Shown here one piece after another: positions 43,184 to 53,366 of a stretch of DNA of 64,000 nt. How positions within the stretch are numbered: the stretch's first letter is position 1; the number at the start of each line of letters is the position of its first letter. This stretch comes from an uncultured bacterium (GTDB taxonomy: Bacteria > Babelota > Babeliae > Babelales > Vermiphilaceae): the NCBI GenBank assembly GCA_963698045.1, contig OY969115.1, positions 843,467 through 907,466 of the forward strand. Reading direction: 5' to 3'. The position numbers and the translations under genes are program-made. The notes under the pieces were generated by a model. That model had not been told where the DNA came from and made no database searches. It was given only the letters and a program-made list of their open reading frames with translations.

Positions 43184-46126
43184 TTAACCCTGCAGGTACA
43201 TACCAAAATCACCCACAATCATTCTATTTCCCAATGCACTGTTCTGTAACAGCGCCACGGGAATTTTGCCATCTATCTTAAGTTGCATTTCTATACTTTG
43301 GGTAGCTATTGCCTTATTAGCTATTCTACCCGTTATAATTTCTATAGGAGTAGTAAATATGGCTGCCTGCCCTTCATCTTTAAACCCAACATGCAAATAC
43401 ATAATGCCATCAGTAGTAAACAACGTACGGTAGCCACCAAAATTTAAAAAGGATGATGCCGTTTCTTTAATGTACGCATCTGCAAACGGCACTACCGTGT
43501 TAGCGGTAATTGCGGTCTTTGTTGGCTCTATAATAATACGGTGCACTTTGGATAACCCTTTTCCACGGTAGCCATTTAATGCATACACCATGCCGCCCAC
43601 ACCGCGCGCAACATCTTGCATTCTACCGGTTTGACTTACTACCGTTAATTGGCGTACCGCTGCAAAACCTTCTGTTAATGGTACTGCAGTCCAACATGCA
43701 TCTGTTGTGTTTAGAGCGGTGCTAATACTAGCACCATTCCCTACGCGTACTAATCCTTCACTAGTTCCCAATAACGCAAGCTGATCAGATATAACCAAAT
43801 CATAAAATATACCCGGATTGGTTCCCATTAATGCAGGCACAGTTGCCACAGTAACCGGTGTTAATGCCGGGTTAGAAAGATCAATACGATCAAGTTGCTG
43901 GTCGGTAAGCACATATAACATGCCGTTATCACAGATTAACTTACGTACAAATTTATAGTTCCCTATTTTCTTAAAAGACATACATTCTGGTAATTGGCAA
44001 AATGCAGTACCAACTCCCTTTTCTGCAGACCACCAACTACCGTCTGGTGCCGTAAGCATGGCAAGACCATACACGCCACCAACCATAAGGGTTGCACTTG
44101 GTCCATTGCAGATTATTTCTGCAGCAGTTATTGGTCCCAATTCAGCAAGTGCGCCACCGGTAATTGACTGCAGATAGGCTGGTTTTTTAGTAATAGTTCC
44201 ATTAGTATGCACCGCACATTCAGCATGTACCAGGTCATAGGGAACAAAAGACCCATTTTTAAGAGAACTGCTTTGCATAAGCAATACAGAACCTAACCCG
44301 GTAAGCACCTGCATTGAACAATCGGGCAAACCAGGACTGCAGGCAGGAATATCTGCTATACCATGCACGCCTGCTTTTTCTTTAGGAAACAGCGTAGAAA
44401 TTTGAGCAGCTAATAATTGCGCGTCATCTTTGGAAAGCCAGCTGGTATATTTAACTTGAGTAGCATTGCCCTGCGCGTCTGCACACAGCAATAAAAAGTC
44501 CCCCGTATTACTATTTAATGCCGCATCAATAATTTTTTCTGGCACACCGGCTTCTGTAAACGGTGTAACGGCTCTGCGCCAATTGGTCCACCCTTTAATA
44601 ACCCCCGTCCCGGAAAGCAGTGCTTGTGAACAGAACAGACCAGATTGTAATGGATCATGCGCATCTACTACCACAAATACCGTGTCCCCCCGCACAAAGG
44701 TATTACGGACAACCCCTGCCGGCAATGAACCACCACCAACACGTGCCGCTGCATCTGACGCAGTTACTATATGCTCCGGTTGCGTTGCTGCTTGATCAAA
44801 ATGACGTATACTTGGATTATTTTTTTGAGGAGTAACTTTTGGTGCAATGTCAGAACGTGCAATCTGCCCGTTATAGTTGGGCATATTCTCTTTTACATTA
44901 TCACGCACTAATGGAGCGGCATAAACAGAAGTACCTTTTACCACAATAAGATAGTTAAGCATGGTGCTCGTTAATAGGGTACGTACTTTATCTATAGCAA
45001 TATGGGACGCGGCACCGCGTGCTGCAAAGATACCGCCAGAACCAAGTGCATCATCTGCAACGGCAACTGGCAACAGTTGTAATTTTTGGTCTTTAAACCG
45101 ACCAACCACCACACCACGCACACCACCTTCTGAATCATTGGCACCCGTTGCATTGACTGCAATATATAAACAACTGTTTTCTGGTGACCAATACATATCC
45201 GTAATAGTAAGCTGTTGTAACGGTTTGCTGCCCATTGCTACACAGGCTGAAGTTACATCTAAGGGCACTGCACGAGCTGGAATTTCTGCAGGCTCTACAC
45301 TTTTATCTTTTTTACTTTTTTTTACATTATATTTGGTCAGGGAAGATGGCCCATCTATAGGAGTAAACACCGCACGTTTTTGGGGATTAAGCGGATCGGG
45401 ATTTTCTACTTCTATAGGAATGGTTCCTAACACGGTCATGGCAATACCGCTACCCGGCTCACCAAACGGTTTATCTTTAGGCGCAACCGCCGTAAACACC
45501 ACTGCATGACTTGCAGTCATAGCAACAATAGATCCATAATTACCCACTGCATCACGGGCAGTAGACGTAACAAATTCTATAAGTGCTTCTGGCTTTTTGT
45601 TCTTATTCTCTTCTTCAATGCGGGCACGTTCCTGTTCCGTTGCCCCTTTTTCTTCTTCTTTAATTACTTTTTTAGTGTAGCTATTAATTAAATAGATGGT
45701 GCTGGGTTCTTTACGGGTTACCACAACTAATCGGCCTTCAGATGGACCAACGTCATTAACGCCGTCCATAAGTGCTGCATAGGCTATTGATTGGTCATAC
45801 AACAAATTTTTTTTAACTGCTTGAGCATCTTTGTCCACCATTGCGCGTGTGGGTGTTAAGGGCATCCAGTCGCTGCCAGATGCTTTGCTCATAACCATTG
45901 CCCCATATTCTTTGGTATCTGCGTCTTGTGCAGCAGTTGCAAAAATTAATGACCCCGCATTATTTACAAACCAATGGCGAATTATGGGGTCTACGGGAGC
46001 GCTGGTAGCGAGTGTTTGGGAATCTATAGAGGGTTGCTTAACTAATTTGGCTGCCAAGATATCACCGGTAATTGCCGCACAGGAGCTTGCAATACACAGT
46101 GCATAGAACATTCTTTTTTGTGCCAT
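43184..46126 (-). CDS. Large secreted hypothetical protein (~980 aa)
   Basis: ATG at 46126 with AAGGA RBS gives signal peptide MAQKRMFYALCIASSCAAITG. Long uninterrupted frame, no family recognised. Confidence 0.7.
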   Translation of the reverse strand: MAQKRMFYALCIASSCAAITGDILAAKLVKQPSIDSQTLATSAPVDPIIRHWFVNNAGSLIFATAAQDADTKEYGAMVMSKASGSDWMPLTPTRAMVDKDAQAVKKNLLYDQSIAYAALMDGVNDVGPSEGRLVVVTRKEPSTIYLINSYTKKVIKEEEKGATEQERARIEEENKNKKPEALIEFVTSTARDAVGNYGSIVAMTASHAVVFTAVAPKDKPFGEPGSGIAMTVLGTIPIEVENPDPLNPQKRAVFTPIDGPSSLTKYNVKKSKKDKSVEPAEIPARAVPLDVTSACVAMGSKPLQQLTITDMYWSPENSCLYIAVNATGANDSEGGVRGVVVGRFKDQKLQLLPVAVADDALGSGGIFAARGAASHIAIDKVRTLLTSTMLNYLIVVKGTSVYAAPLVRDNVKENMPNYNGQIARSDIAPKVTPQKNNPSIRHFDQAATQPEHIVTASDAAARVGGGSLPAGVVRNTFVRGDTVFVVVDAHDPLQSGLFCSQALLSGTGVIKGWTNWRRAVTPFTEAGVPEKIIDAALNSNTGDFLLLCADAQGNATQVKYTSWLSKDDAQLLAAQISTLFPKEKAGVHGIADIPACSPGLPDCSMQVLTGLGSVLLMQSSSLKNGSFVPYDLVHAECAVHTNGTITKKPAYLQSITGGALAELGPITAAEIICNGPSATLMVGGVYGLAMLTAPDGSWWSAEKGVGTAFCQLPECMSFKKIGNYKFVRKLICDNGMLYVLTDQQLDRIDLSNPALTPVTVATVPALMGTNPGIFYDLVISDQLALLGTSEGLVRVGNGASISTALNTTDACWTAVPLTEGFAAVRQLTVVSQTGRMQDVARGVGGMVYALNGYRGKGLSKVHRIIIEPTKTAITANTVVPFADAYIKETASSFLNFGGYRTLFTTDGIMYLHVGFKDEGQAAIFTTPIEIITGRIANKAIATQSIEMQLKIDGKIPVALLQNSALGNRMIVGDFGMYLQG

Positions 46127-46369
46127 AAAAATCCTTTTTATTTCATCACAGTATTTATGCATTTCCATAATATACCCTAAAAATCTTATTTCTGGTACGT
46201 GTTTTACTAAAATTAATTTTAAGAAAAAAGAACACAAAAGGCCTAAAATGCCGCAGAAATAAGGCTTTTAACCCTTTTAAATGGCAAAAAATATGGCATA
46301 CTGAAGATAAATTAAATTAAAATTTTGGTTAAATTATTGTTTTTTAAAAATTTTTAACGTGAACATGGT

Positions 46370-47914
46370 ATGCATAGTAAAATATATTCCGCAACAACCA
46401 TTGGTGTTGATGCCCATTTAGTCCAAGTAGAAGTAGACGTTTCTTTTGGGATGATTAACTTTCATATTGTTGGCCTCCCAGACACCGGTATTAAAGAAAG
46501 CACCAAGCGAATACAGGCGGCATTAAAGAACTGTGGATTCACGCTCCCCGCAAAACGTATTACCGTAAACTTAGCTCCTGCAGATTTAAAAAAGATTGGT
46601 ACCGTCTTTGATCTTCCCATTGCATTGGGTATTTTACATGCGGCGGAATATATAGAAATTCCCAAAGAGTTTTTAGAAGAGACTCTATTTATGGGTGAAC
46701 TGTCATTAGATGGCGGTATTCGCTTTATTAAAGGGGCTCTGGCAATTGCAGTAGATGCACAAAAACTGGGCAAAAAACGTATTATACTTCCGGCTGCTAA
46801 TGCCGCAGAAGCAGCATTAATAGATTCTTTAGAAATTATTGGCGTTGAACATCTTACCCAACTGATTGCCTACTTGCGACGTGAACACCACATTGAACCC
46901 ACCAAAAACTCATTCGCTAATGTACCAACCACCCGTGATCTGTCATTAGATTTTGCACACGTTAAAGGCCAAGCACAGGCAAAACGAGCATTACAAATTG
47001 CAGCAGCAGGCAGACACAATATTCTCTTTATTGGGCCCCCTGGGTCTGGCAAAACCATGCTGGCAAAACGTATTGCATCTATTATGCCCGCCATGACCTT
47101 TAATGAAGTTTTGGAAAGTTCCAAAATATATTCCGTAAGTGGCAAGCTTAATGCACAACATCCACTAGTACTGCAACGACCATTCCGCAATCCCCACCAT
47201 TCTATTTCCCAAGCAGGTTTAATTGGCGGCGGATCTTATCCCCAACCGGGAGAGATTAGTTTGTCCCACCACGGCATTCTCTTTTTGGATGAGTTAACAG
47301 AATTTAAACGGGACACCTTGGAAGGACTGCGCCAACCACTAGAAAATAAAACCGTAGCTATTGCACGCGTGTTACAATCTATTAGCTTTCCAGCAAATTT
47401 ACTGCTAGTTGCTGCACTTAATCCCTGCCCTTGTGGATTTTTGGGAGACAAGAAAAAATCATGCACCTGCACCCAACAACAAATTGCTAAATATTTAGCC
47501 AAGCTTTCTGGCCCCTTATTGGACCGTATAGACCTGCAGATTAGTATTCAGTCAGTTGATTATGATACTATTAAGTCACTCAATAGTGATGCAATAAGTT
47601 CGGGAGTACTCTATGAAGGTGTACAGAAAGCATTAGATGCCCAAAAAGAACGGTTTGGCACAGATGCAGTATTTAACAATGCAATGCAACCACATGAAAT
47701 TGACCAACACTGCATACTAACGCCAGAAGCAGAAGCGTTACTTAAAAAAGCATTTGAACGGCTAAACTTGAGCATGCGCGGGTACCACAAAACATTAAAA
47801 GTTGCCCGTACCATTGCAGACTTAAGCAACAGCACAGACATAGATGTGCCCCATATTCAAGAAGCAATTTTATACCGTTCGTTAGATAATTACCGGGAGC
47901 AATTACGCCTATGA
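46370..47914 (+). CDS. comM: YifB/ComM family Mg-chelatase-like AAA+ ATPase
   Basis: N-terminal Lon-like domain. Walker A GPPGSGKTMLAKR. ILFLDELTEF Walker B. CPCG zinc motif. 514 aa. Confidence 0.88.
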   Translation: MHSKIYSATTIGVDAHLVQVEVDVSFGMINFHIVGLPDTGIKESTKRIQAALKNCGFTLPAKRITVNLAPADLKKIGTVFDLPIALGILHAAEYIEIPKEFLEETLFMGELSLDGGIRFIKGALAIAVDAQKLGKKRIILPAANAAEAALIDSLEIIGVEHLTQLIAYLRREHHIEPTKNSFANVPTTRDLSLDFAHVKGQAQAKRALQIAAAGRHNILFIGPPGSGKTMLAKRIASIMPAMTFNEVLESSKIYSVSGKLNAQHPLVLQRPFRNPHHSISQAGLIGGGSYPQPGEISLSHHGILFLDELTEFKRDTLEGLRQPLENKTVAIARVLQSISFPANLLLVAALNPCPCGFLGDKKKSCTCTQQQIAKYLAKLSGPLLDRIDLQISIQSVDYDTIKSLNSDAISSGVLYEGVQKALDAQKERFGTDAVFNNAMQPHEIDQHCILTPEAEALLKKAFERLNLSMRGYHKTLKVARTIADLSNSTDIDVPHIQEAILYRSLDNYREQLRL

Positions 47915-48312
47915 TACTAGGAATTGGAATAGATACTGTAGAAGTGGTTCGTTTTGGTGATTGGCACAGCCGTTTTGACCTGCAACGTCTTTTTTCTGAA
48001 TCAGAAATTGCCTATTGCCGCAGCAATCTGGATCTAAGCGCTCAACGTTTTGCCGCACGTTACGCCGCACGGGAAGCCCTGTTTAAGGCCCTCACTAGCG
48101 CCTATGCTACCCATACCATTCCCTTCTTGACCCTGTGCACTGCAGTGAGCGTTGACAAAGCAATTAGTGGAGCGCCTTCACTGCATATAGACTGGAACCT
48201 ATTAAGCTCTTATTTACCAGAAAAAATAAGCAATAACATGATCCGCAGCCACCTGTCACTAAGCCACACCCCTTCACTGGCAACTACTATTGTGATCTTA
48301 GAGCGGGCATAA
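47911..48312 (+). CDS. acpS: Holo-[acyl-carrier-protein] synthase
   Basis: N-terminal MILGIGIDTVEVVRF motif, FAAREALFKA motif, ~130 aa. 4-nt ATGA overlap with comM. Confidence 0.8.
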   Translation: MILGIGIDTVEVVRFGDWHSRFDLQRLFSESEIAYCRSNLDLSAQRFAARYAAREALFKALTSAYATHTIPFLTLCTAVSVDKAISGAPSLHIDWNLLSSYLPEKISNNMIRSHLSLSHTPSLATTIVILERA

Positions 48313-48346
48313 CCGGCAAATTATACCGACAATTAGGGAATAAACA

Positions 48347-48375
48347 TTGACAAAGCTAGAGAAAGCTTTAAAGTT
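48347..48375 (+). promoter_or_regulatory. Sigma70-like promoter candidate for tRNA-fMet
   Basis: TTGACA (48347..48352), 16-nt spacer, TAAAGT. ~57 nt upstream of the tRNA 5' end. Confidence 0.35.
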
Positions 48376-48432
48376 CTTTATGTAAGAAACACATAAGTTC
48401 TTACTTCTTCTATAGCATTTCTTTGCAATGAT

Positions 48433-48509
<77 letters not shown>

Positions 48510-48510
48510 G

Positions 48511-48990
48511 CTTACGCCAAGGCTTCAGCTGGCGGAGCCAATTGCTAATGAGGTTACAAATAAATTTTAAGAGAGAAATTCGTAAGCTGTCCGCTCCTTC
48601 GATAAACTCAGGATAAACTCCGCTTGCCTAATTGGTGGGACCTGTCCTCCGTAGCTTTAGCGTAGGAGGATAAGCGTAGGCTGGACCTTCGCAACGATAT
48701 GCATTTGTTATTCTTACGCCAAGGCTTCAGCTGGCAGGGCCAACGTCTAATGTGGTTATAAATAAAATATTTGTAGAAAATGTGTAAGCTGTCCGCTCCT
48801 TCGATAAACTCAGGATAAACTCCGCTTGCCTAATTGGTGGGACCTGTCCTCCGTAGCTTTAGCGTAGGAGGATAAGCGTAGGCTGGACCTTCGCAACAAT
48901 ACGCATTTATTATTCTTACGCCAAGGCTTCAGCTGGCGGAGCCATAAACTTGATGTGGTTACAAATAAATTTTAAGAGAGAAATTCGTAA
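48511..48990 (+). repeat. Tandem repeat, 202-bp unit, about 2.4 copies
   Basis: Units start at 48511, 48713 and 48915 (CTTACGCCAAGGCTTCAGCTGGC...). Long identical stretches such as GCTGTCCGCTCCTTCGATAAACTCAGGATAAACTCCGCTTGCC. Starts 2 nt after the tRNA. Confidence 0.85.
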
Positions 48991-49010
48991 ACTTGATTCC
49001 ATAGAACTAA

Positions 49011-49265
49011 ATGCACTACATATATATTATTCAATCAATTAAATATCCAGACAAAATTTATATCGGGCAAACAGGATATTTAAAAAAACGTTTCGCTGAA
49101 CACAACCGAGGGACAACAACGCATACTAAAAAATATGGACCTTGGAAGTTGATTGTTTATTTAGGATTTAATGATACCTACGTGGCTATAGCATTTGAGA
49201 AGTATTTAAAGTCTGGAACAGGTCGCGCAATGATTGCAAAAAGATTTCTCAAAAAAATAGAATAA
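49011..49265 (+). CDS. GIY-YIG nuclease superfamily protein (stand-alone, 84 aa)
   Basis: YIYIIQS...KIYIGQTGYLKKRFAEHN matches the GIY-(x10)-YIG core with the conserved Arg and Glu. Confidence 0.8.
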   Translation: MHYIYIIQSIKYPDKIYIGQTGYLKKRFAEHNRGTTTHTKKYGPWKLIVYLGFNDTYVAIAFEKYLKSGTGRAMIAKRFLKKIE

Positions 49266-49332
49266 TATTTCATATATAACTAGAGCTTAAAAATAAGACA
49301 GCGTAGTTAATTAAATTAAACTATCAGAATAT

Positions 49333-49359
49333 AAAAAAAGCCGGTCTACAAAACCGGCC
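49333..49359 (-). terminator. Rho-independent terminator after 49387..50733
   Basis: GCCGGT-ctacaaa-ACCGGC hairpin followed by U7 on the minus strand. Confidence 0.6.
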
Positions 49360-49386
49360 TTAATTGTTTCTTAACTATTTAATGCA

Positions 49387-50733
49387 TTAGTTTTTTCTTT
49401 GATCGTTAAAAACTAATTTCTGAAAATCTTCCCAATTATTAGTTATATACGGACAATTAACAAATTCATCTGCCTTAACCGAAGTGATGTAGTTGTTCTT
49501 TAAATCGACCTTTAACATTGGACAATTTTTAAATACTGCTGTGCCAAGCCACCTAATCTGATTGTAAGACAAATCAACCAGCATCAACTCCTGATAATTA
49601 CTAAATAATCCTGAGCCAAGTGAACTAAGCTGGTTATAAACCAACCAAACCCATTTCAATTCAGTACAGTTACTAAATACATCTACTGGCAGTGAACTAA
49701 TTTGGTTATGTGATAAATCAACATCTTGCAACTGAGGACAATTGCTAAATGCCCCTGCCGCAATTGAACTAATCTGGTTAAACGACAACCTAACCTCTAT
49801 CAACTCGGGACAATTACTAAATACTCCTGATGCAAGTGAACTAATATTGTTATCATACAAATCAATTACCAGCTTATTATCTTTTATCTGGTCACCAGCA
49901 TGCTCTTTTAACACATCCATGCATCCTGTAATATCTGACAAATTTAATTTTGTTAAATCTATTCCCAAGGAGCCATTTAAATTTTTCTTTATTCTTGATT
50001 TTAAAACATCACGATTATGCTTAGCCCAGTCTTTCAATAAAATATTGATTTTAACTGGACTACCCTTACTGTCATTTGGTATTACAAAGTTTTTATTTAG
50101 AATTTTAAGCCAAGAAACTACTGCAGATATAATCGTAGGATTAATCCCTTCTGTTTTAGCAAACTCTGCTACATCAAAATCTACATCTTTAACCAATAAA
50201 ACAAAGCGTTCTGCCAACGGTGATATCTCTTTGGGATCTGCACTCCACATGAGCGTCTTTTCCATAAGATCCAAAATAATTTGGGGATCTTGCAAAGACA
50301 ATATCAATGCATTTTGCTCTTCTTTAATCTGTTCAATAGGGAACTGTAATTTATTAAGTAGATCGTTCTTATTTTTTACCAACATATAAGGAACAAAAAA
50401 AGCAAGATCGGCAGAATTTAAGTCTTGCAACGTCACATGGCCTTCTTCTTGCTTGGCTGTCATACTCTGCACCGTCTTCCAGTGCTCGGGAACCATATCA
50501 AGTGCAAATCTAAACGTCTTGCCATCATTAGTTTTAAAGCGAATACAATCTGGACAGCTATTATTTAATGGCTTATTTGCCTTGCTATCTGCCATGCAGG
50601 TGGGGCAATAAATACCCTTCTGTTGGTTAGATACAGAAAATTGCTGTAATTGGTTAACAACACCTTGCTCCATGGGGAAAGCATGATTAGACAGTAAAAA
50701 TAAGGCCAAAGTAACCCATTGTAACTTATTCAT
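49387..50733 (-). CDS. Signal-peptide leucine-rich repeat protein with a Cys4 knuckle (LRR-1, 448 aa)
   Basis: Signal peptide. CPTC-x12-CPDC. Conserved middle module. C-terminal 24-residue LRRs (L..N.IS.L..G.FSNC..L). Confidence 0.8.
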   Translation of the reverse strand: MNKLQWVTLALFLLSNHAFPMEQGVVNQLQQFSVSNQQKGIYCPTCMADSKANKPLNNSCPDCIRFKTNDGKTFRFALDMVPEHWKTVQSMTAKQEEGHVTLQDLNSADLAFFVPYMLVKNKNDLLNKLQFPIEQIKEEQNALILSLQDPQIILDLMEKTLMWSADPKEISPLAERFVLLVKDVDFDVAEFAKTEGINPTIISAVVSWLKILNKNFVIPNDSKGSPVKINILLKDWAKHNRDVLKSRIKKNLNGSLGIDLTKLNLSDITGCMDVLKEHAGDQIKDNKLVIDLYDNNISSLASGVFSNCPELIEVRLSFNQISSIAAGAFSNCPQLQDVDLSHNQISSLPVDVFSNCTELKWVWLVYNQLSSLGSGLFSNYQELMLVDLSYNQIRWLGTAVFKNCPMLKVDLKNNYITSVKADEFVNCPYITNNWEDFQKLVFNDQRKN

Positions 50734-50760
50734 AAAACCTCCGTTTAATTAAGATTCAAA

Positions 50761-51906
50761 TTACAGTGCTTGTGCAGGATTAAAGTTAACTTGTTGTAAG
50801 CATTTAAAAGAGAGCGTATTAGCTGGGTCATAATTAAATGTTTTGCCTTGCCGTAACTCTTCACGAACCAACATTAATAAACGCCCTAAATGATTATCCC
50901 CTTGCCCATTTGCTCCAGCACCCCAAGAAGCATCATTAGCTCCCGCATTTTCTACTAAAATCTTATTGCCCGTTCCTAACAATAACTGTTGTAATTGAAG
51001 ATTTTGGAATTTAGCACGCAATGCCGTTAACATAACCTGGTATTTTTGCGTAGTATGCCAGTTTGCAGGTAATACGGCTTTTTTTGCATAATCAAATGCT
51101 TGGCGCGGTGTTTGCAACTTTCTGACTGTTTCTTGATCTTGCACATTAGAAAATTTCTGCGCTTGGAAATAATGTTCTGTTGTTGGCCAAGTTTTGCCAC
51201 CAATATTCACTTGTGCTTGGTAAAAGTTAGTGAATTCATAATATGGTTGCCCAGCATTGTAGAACAATACTGCACCGTTAATGTTCAACCAATTAGATGC
51301 TGGTTGGTTGGTAATTATTGTTGTAGTAGCTTGCTGATTCTGCTGAGACTGTTGTCCGGAATGCAATTTTTGCTGCACTTGTGGCCATGCCTCACGGAAT
51401 CTTCTTAAAAACCCACGATCAACATTGGTTCCTTTTTCACAAACGTCCCCCTGTCCCAAGAATGTCTGTACGGGGCGCCAGATATAATCCACATTTCCAC
51501 TGGTATTGCCAACTTGTTTTACTGCAAAGGTATAAATATCTGGTCCAGAGACATATTTAACCGGAACTATAAATAACGTATCTTGTGATATGTTATCAAA
51601 ATAACTTACTGCATTCTGCCAAAAAACATTGTTTTTAGATGATTGATACACTGCATTATCTGCTTTACCCGTATTAACTTTAAGCGCTAACTTTGCAGTA
51701 TCAATAGCCGCTATACCCTGCTTCTTTTGCAATGATAATGCATTCCAATAACTACCACGACTTAGCAACATATTCCATTGATTGGTTTGGTTATTAAAAG
51801 CAACAGGAATTACGCGAACGTACTCAGTTGGCGCCATTGCAGTAAGCAATGATGTGCTCGCTAACGCAGCTGCACATAATAGTTGTTTGAAAAAAGATTG
51901 TTTCAT
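50761..51906 (-). CDS. Secreted protein with a C-terminal NADAR (YbiA/DUF1768) domain
   Basis: Signal peptide MKQSFFKQLLCAAALASTSLLTA. C-terminal half FYNAGQPYYEFTNFY..TTEHYFQAQKF..ALRAKF..LLLGTGNKILVE..DASWGAG..G.N.LGRLLMLVREEL matches the NADAR consensus. Confidence 0.8.
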   Translation of the reverse strand: MKQSFFKQLLCAAALASTSLLTAMAPTEYVRVIPVAFNNQTNQWNMLLSRGSYWNALSLQKKQGIAAIDTAKLALKVNTGKADNAVYQSSKNNVFWQNAVSYFDNISQDTLFIVPVKYVSGPDIYTFAVKQVGNTSGNVDYIWRPVQTFLGQGDVCEKGTNVDRGFLRRFREAWPQVQQKLHSGQQSQQNQQATTTIITNQPASNWLNINGAVLFYNAGQPYYEFTNFYQAQVNIGGKTWPTTEHYFQAQKFSNVQDQETVRKLQTPRQAFDYAKKAVLPANWHTTQKYQVMLTALRAKFQNLQLQQLLLGTGNKILVENAGANDASWGAGANGQGDNHLGRLLMLVREELRQGKTFNYDPANTLSFKCLQQVNFNPAQAL

Positions 51907-51977
51907 AAAAAAACCTCCCTATTTTAAATTAATACTCTATTTATTTTAATCATACACATAAAACAATCTTAATTTAC

Positions 51978-53345
51978 TTAATATTGTTTGTTTTGACTGT
52001 ATAAAACAACTGCTTTGAATGCTTCCCAATTATTGGTAATTAGCGGACAATTACTAAATACTTCCGGTTGTAATGCACTTATCTTATTGTCACCTAAATG
52101 TACTTCTTTCAACTGGGGACAATTACTAAATATTCCCGGTTGTAATTCATTTATCTGATTGTAAGATAACCAAACTACATTCAACTGGGGACAATTACCA
52201 AATACTCCCGGTTGTAACACCCTTATCTGATTATTATATAACCAAACTGTATTCAACTTAGGACAATTACTAAATATTCCCGGTTGTAATCCACTTATCT
52301 GATTATTAATTAAACTAATTTCTTTCAGCTTGGGACAATTACTAAATATTCCCGGTTGTAATGCCCTTATCTGATTGCAAGATAAATCAACTATTCGCAA
52401 CTGAGGACAATTACTAAATACCCCTGGTTGTAAAATACTTATCTGATTTCCACCTAAATTAACTTGTCGCAACTGCGGATAATTACAAAATACTCCCGGT
52501 TGTAATGCACTTATATAATTGTTAGATAAATCAATACTGATGATTTTCGATCCATGTTTTTCTAAGAAATCTGCTAATCCTTCAATATCAGATAAGCCAA
52601 TATCAGAAAGATTAAGAATAGAGCCCTGTATTATTTTTTTTGTTGCATCATTGTACTTTGACCAATCTTTGAATGAAATATTAGTTTTAACCGGTGTCTT
52701 TCCATCTGAACTCACTGGTATTTTTAAATCTTTATTGAAGATCGTTAACCATGATACAACTGCTGATACAATTTCTGGCGATATATCTGGATTTTTTGCA
52801 AATTCTATTAGATCAAAACTTTGGTCTTCTTTTATCAACAAGGCAAGCGGTTCTGCAATAGCAGATAGGGCTTTTCTTTCTAATCCCCATAACAATCCTT
52901 TTTCCATAAGGTTTATTAATTCTTGTGCATCTTGTAGAGACAATAAGTTTGCATCCAATTCTTCTTGTATTTCCTCAGTGCTTAATCCAAGCTTTGCACA
53001 GATATTATCTTTATTTTGTGCTAATACTGATCCCGTAAATAACGCAAGATCTTTTGAACTAAAGTCTGGTAGTGGAACATAGTTATTTTCTTGCTTTGCA
53101 AGCATATTTTTTGATTGTTGCCACTGCACAGGAACCAGATCCTTTGCGATCCTAAATTTCTTGCGGTCATTAGTGATAAACCTTAGGCAATTAAGGCAAC
53201 TATCCTGCCGAACGGTGCTACAGGTTGAGCAATAAATAGTTTCTGCCTGATCTTCTTGCTTTAATGCAGTAACAATGTTTGATTCCATTGCGTGCACCGC
53301 AATGTTGGCAATCGCTAAAACAATAAAAAATAGTATCTTTTTCAT
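51978..53345 (-). CDS. Signal-peptide LRR protein with a Cys4 knuckle (LRR-2)
   Basis: Start at MKKILFF (GGAG RBS). CSTC-x6-CLNC. Nine or more 24-residue LRRs (LQPGVFSNCPQL). Confidence 0.8.
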   Translation of the reverse strand: MKKILFFIVLAIANIAVHAMESNIVTALKQEDQAETIYCSTCSTVRQDSCLNCLRFITNDRKKFRIAKDLVPVQWQQSKNMLAKQENNYVPLPDFSSKDLALFTGSVLAQNKDNICAKLGLSTEEIQEELDANLLSLQDAQELINLMEKGLLWGLERKALSAIAEPLALLIKEDQSFDLIEFAKNPDISPEIVSAVVSWLTIFNKDLKIPVSSDGKTPVKTNISFKDWSKYNDATKKIIQGSILNLSDIGLSDIEGLADFLEKHGSKIISIDLSNNYISALQPGVFCNYPQLRQVNLGGNQISILQPGVFSNCPQLRIVDLSCNQIRALQPGIFSNCPKLKEISLINNQISGLQPGIFSNCPKLNTVWLYNNQIRVLQPGVFGNCPQLNVVWLSYNQINELQPGIFSNCPQLKEVHLGDNKISALQPEVFSNCPLITNNWEAFKAVVLYSQNKQY

Positions 53346-53366
53346 ACATAACTCCATTATTGATTA

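Noticed and set aside
48511-48990. Possibility that the regularly spaced repeats after the tRNA are a CRISPR array
   Set aside because: The period is 202 bp, and almost the whole unit is repeated. This is a tandem duplication and not short repeats with unique spacers. No cas genes are nearby.
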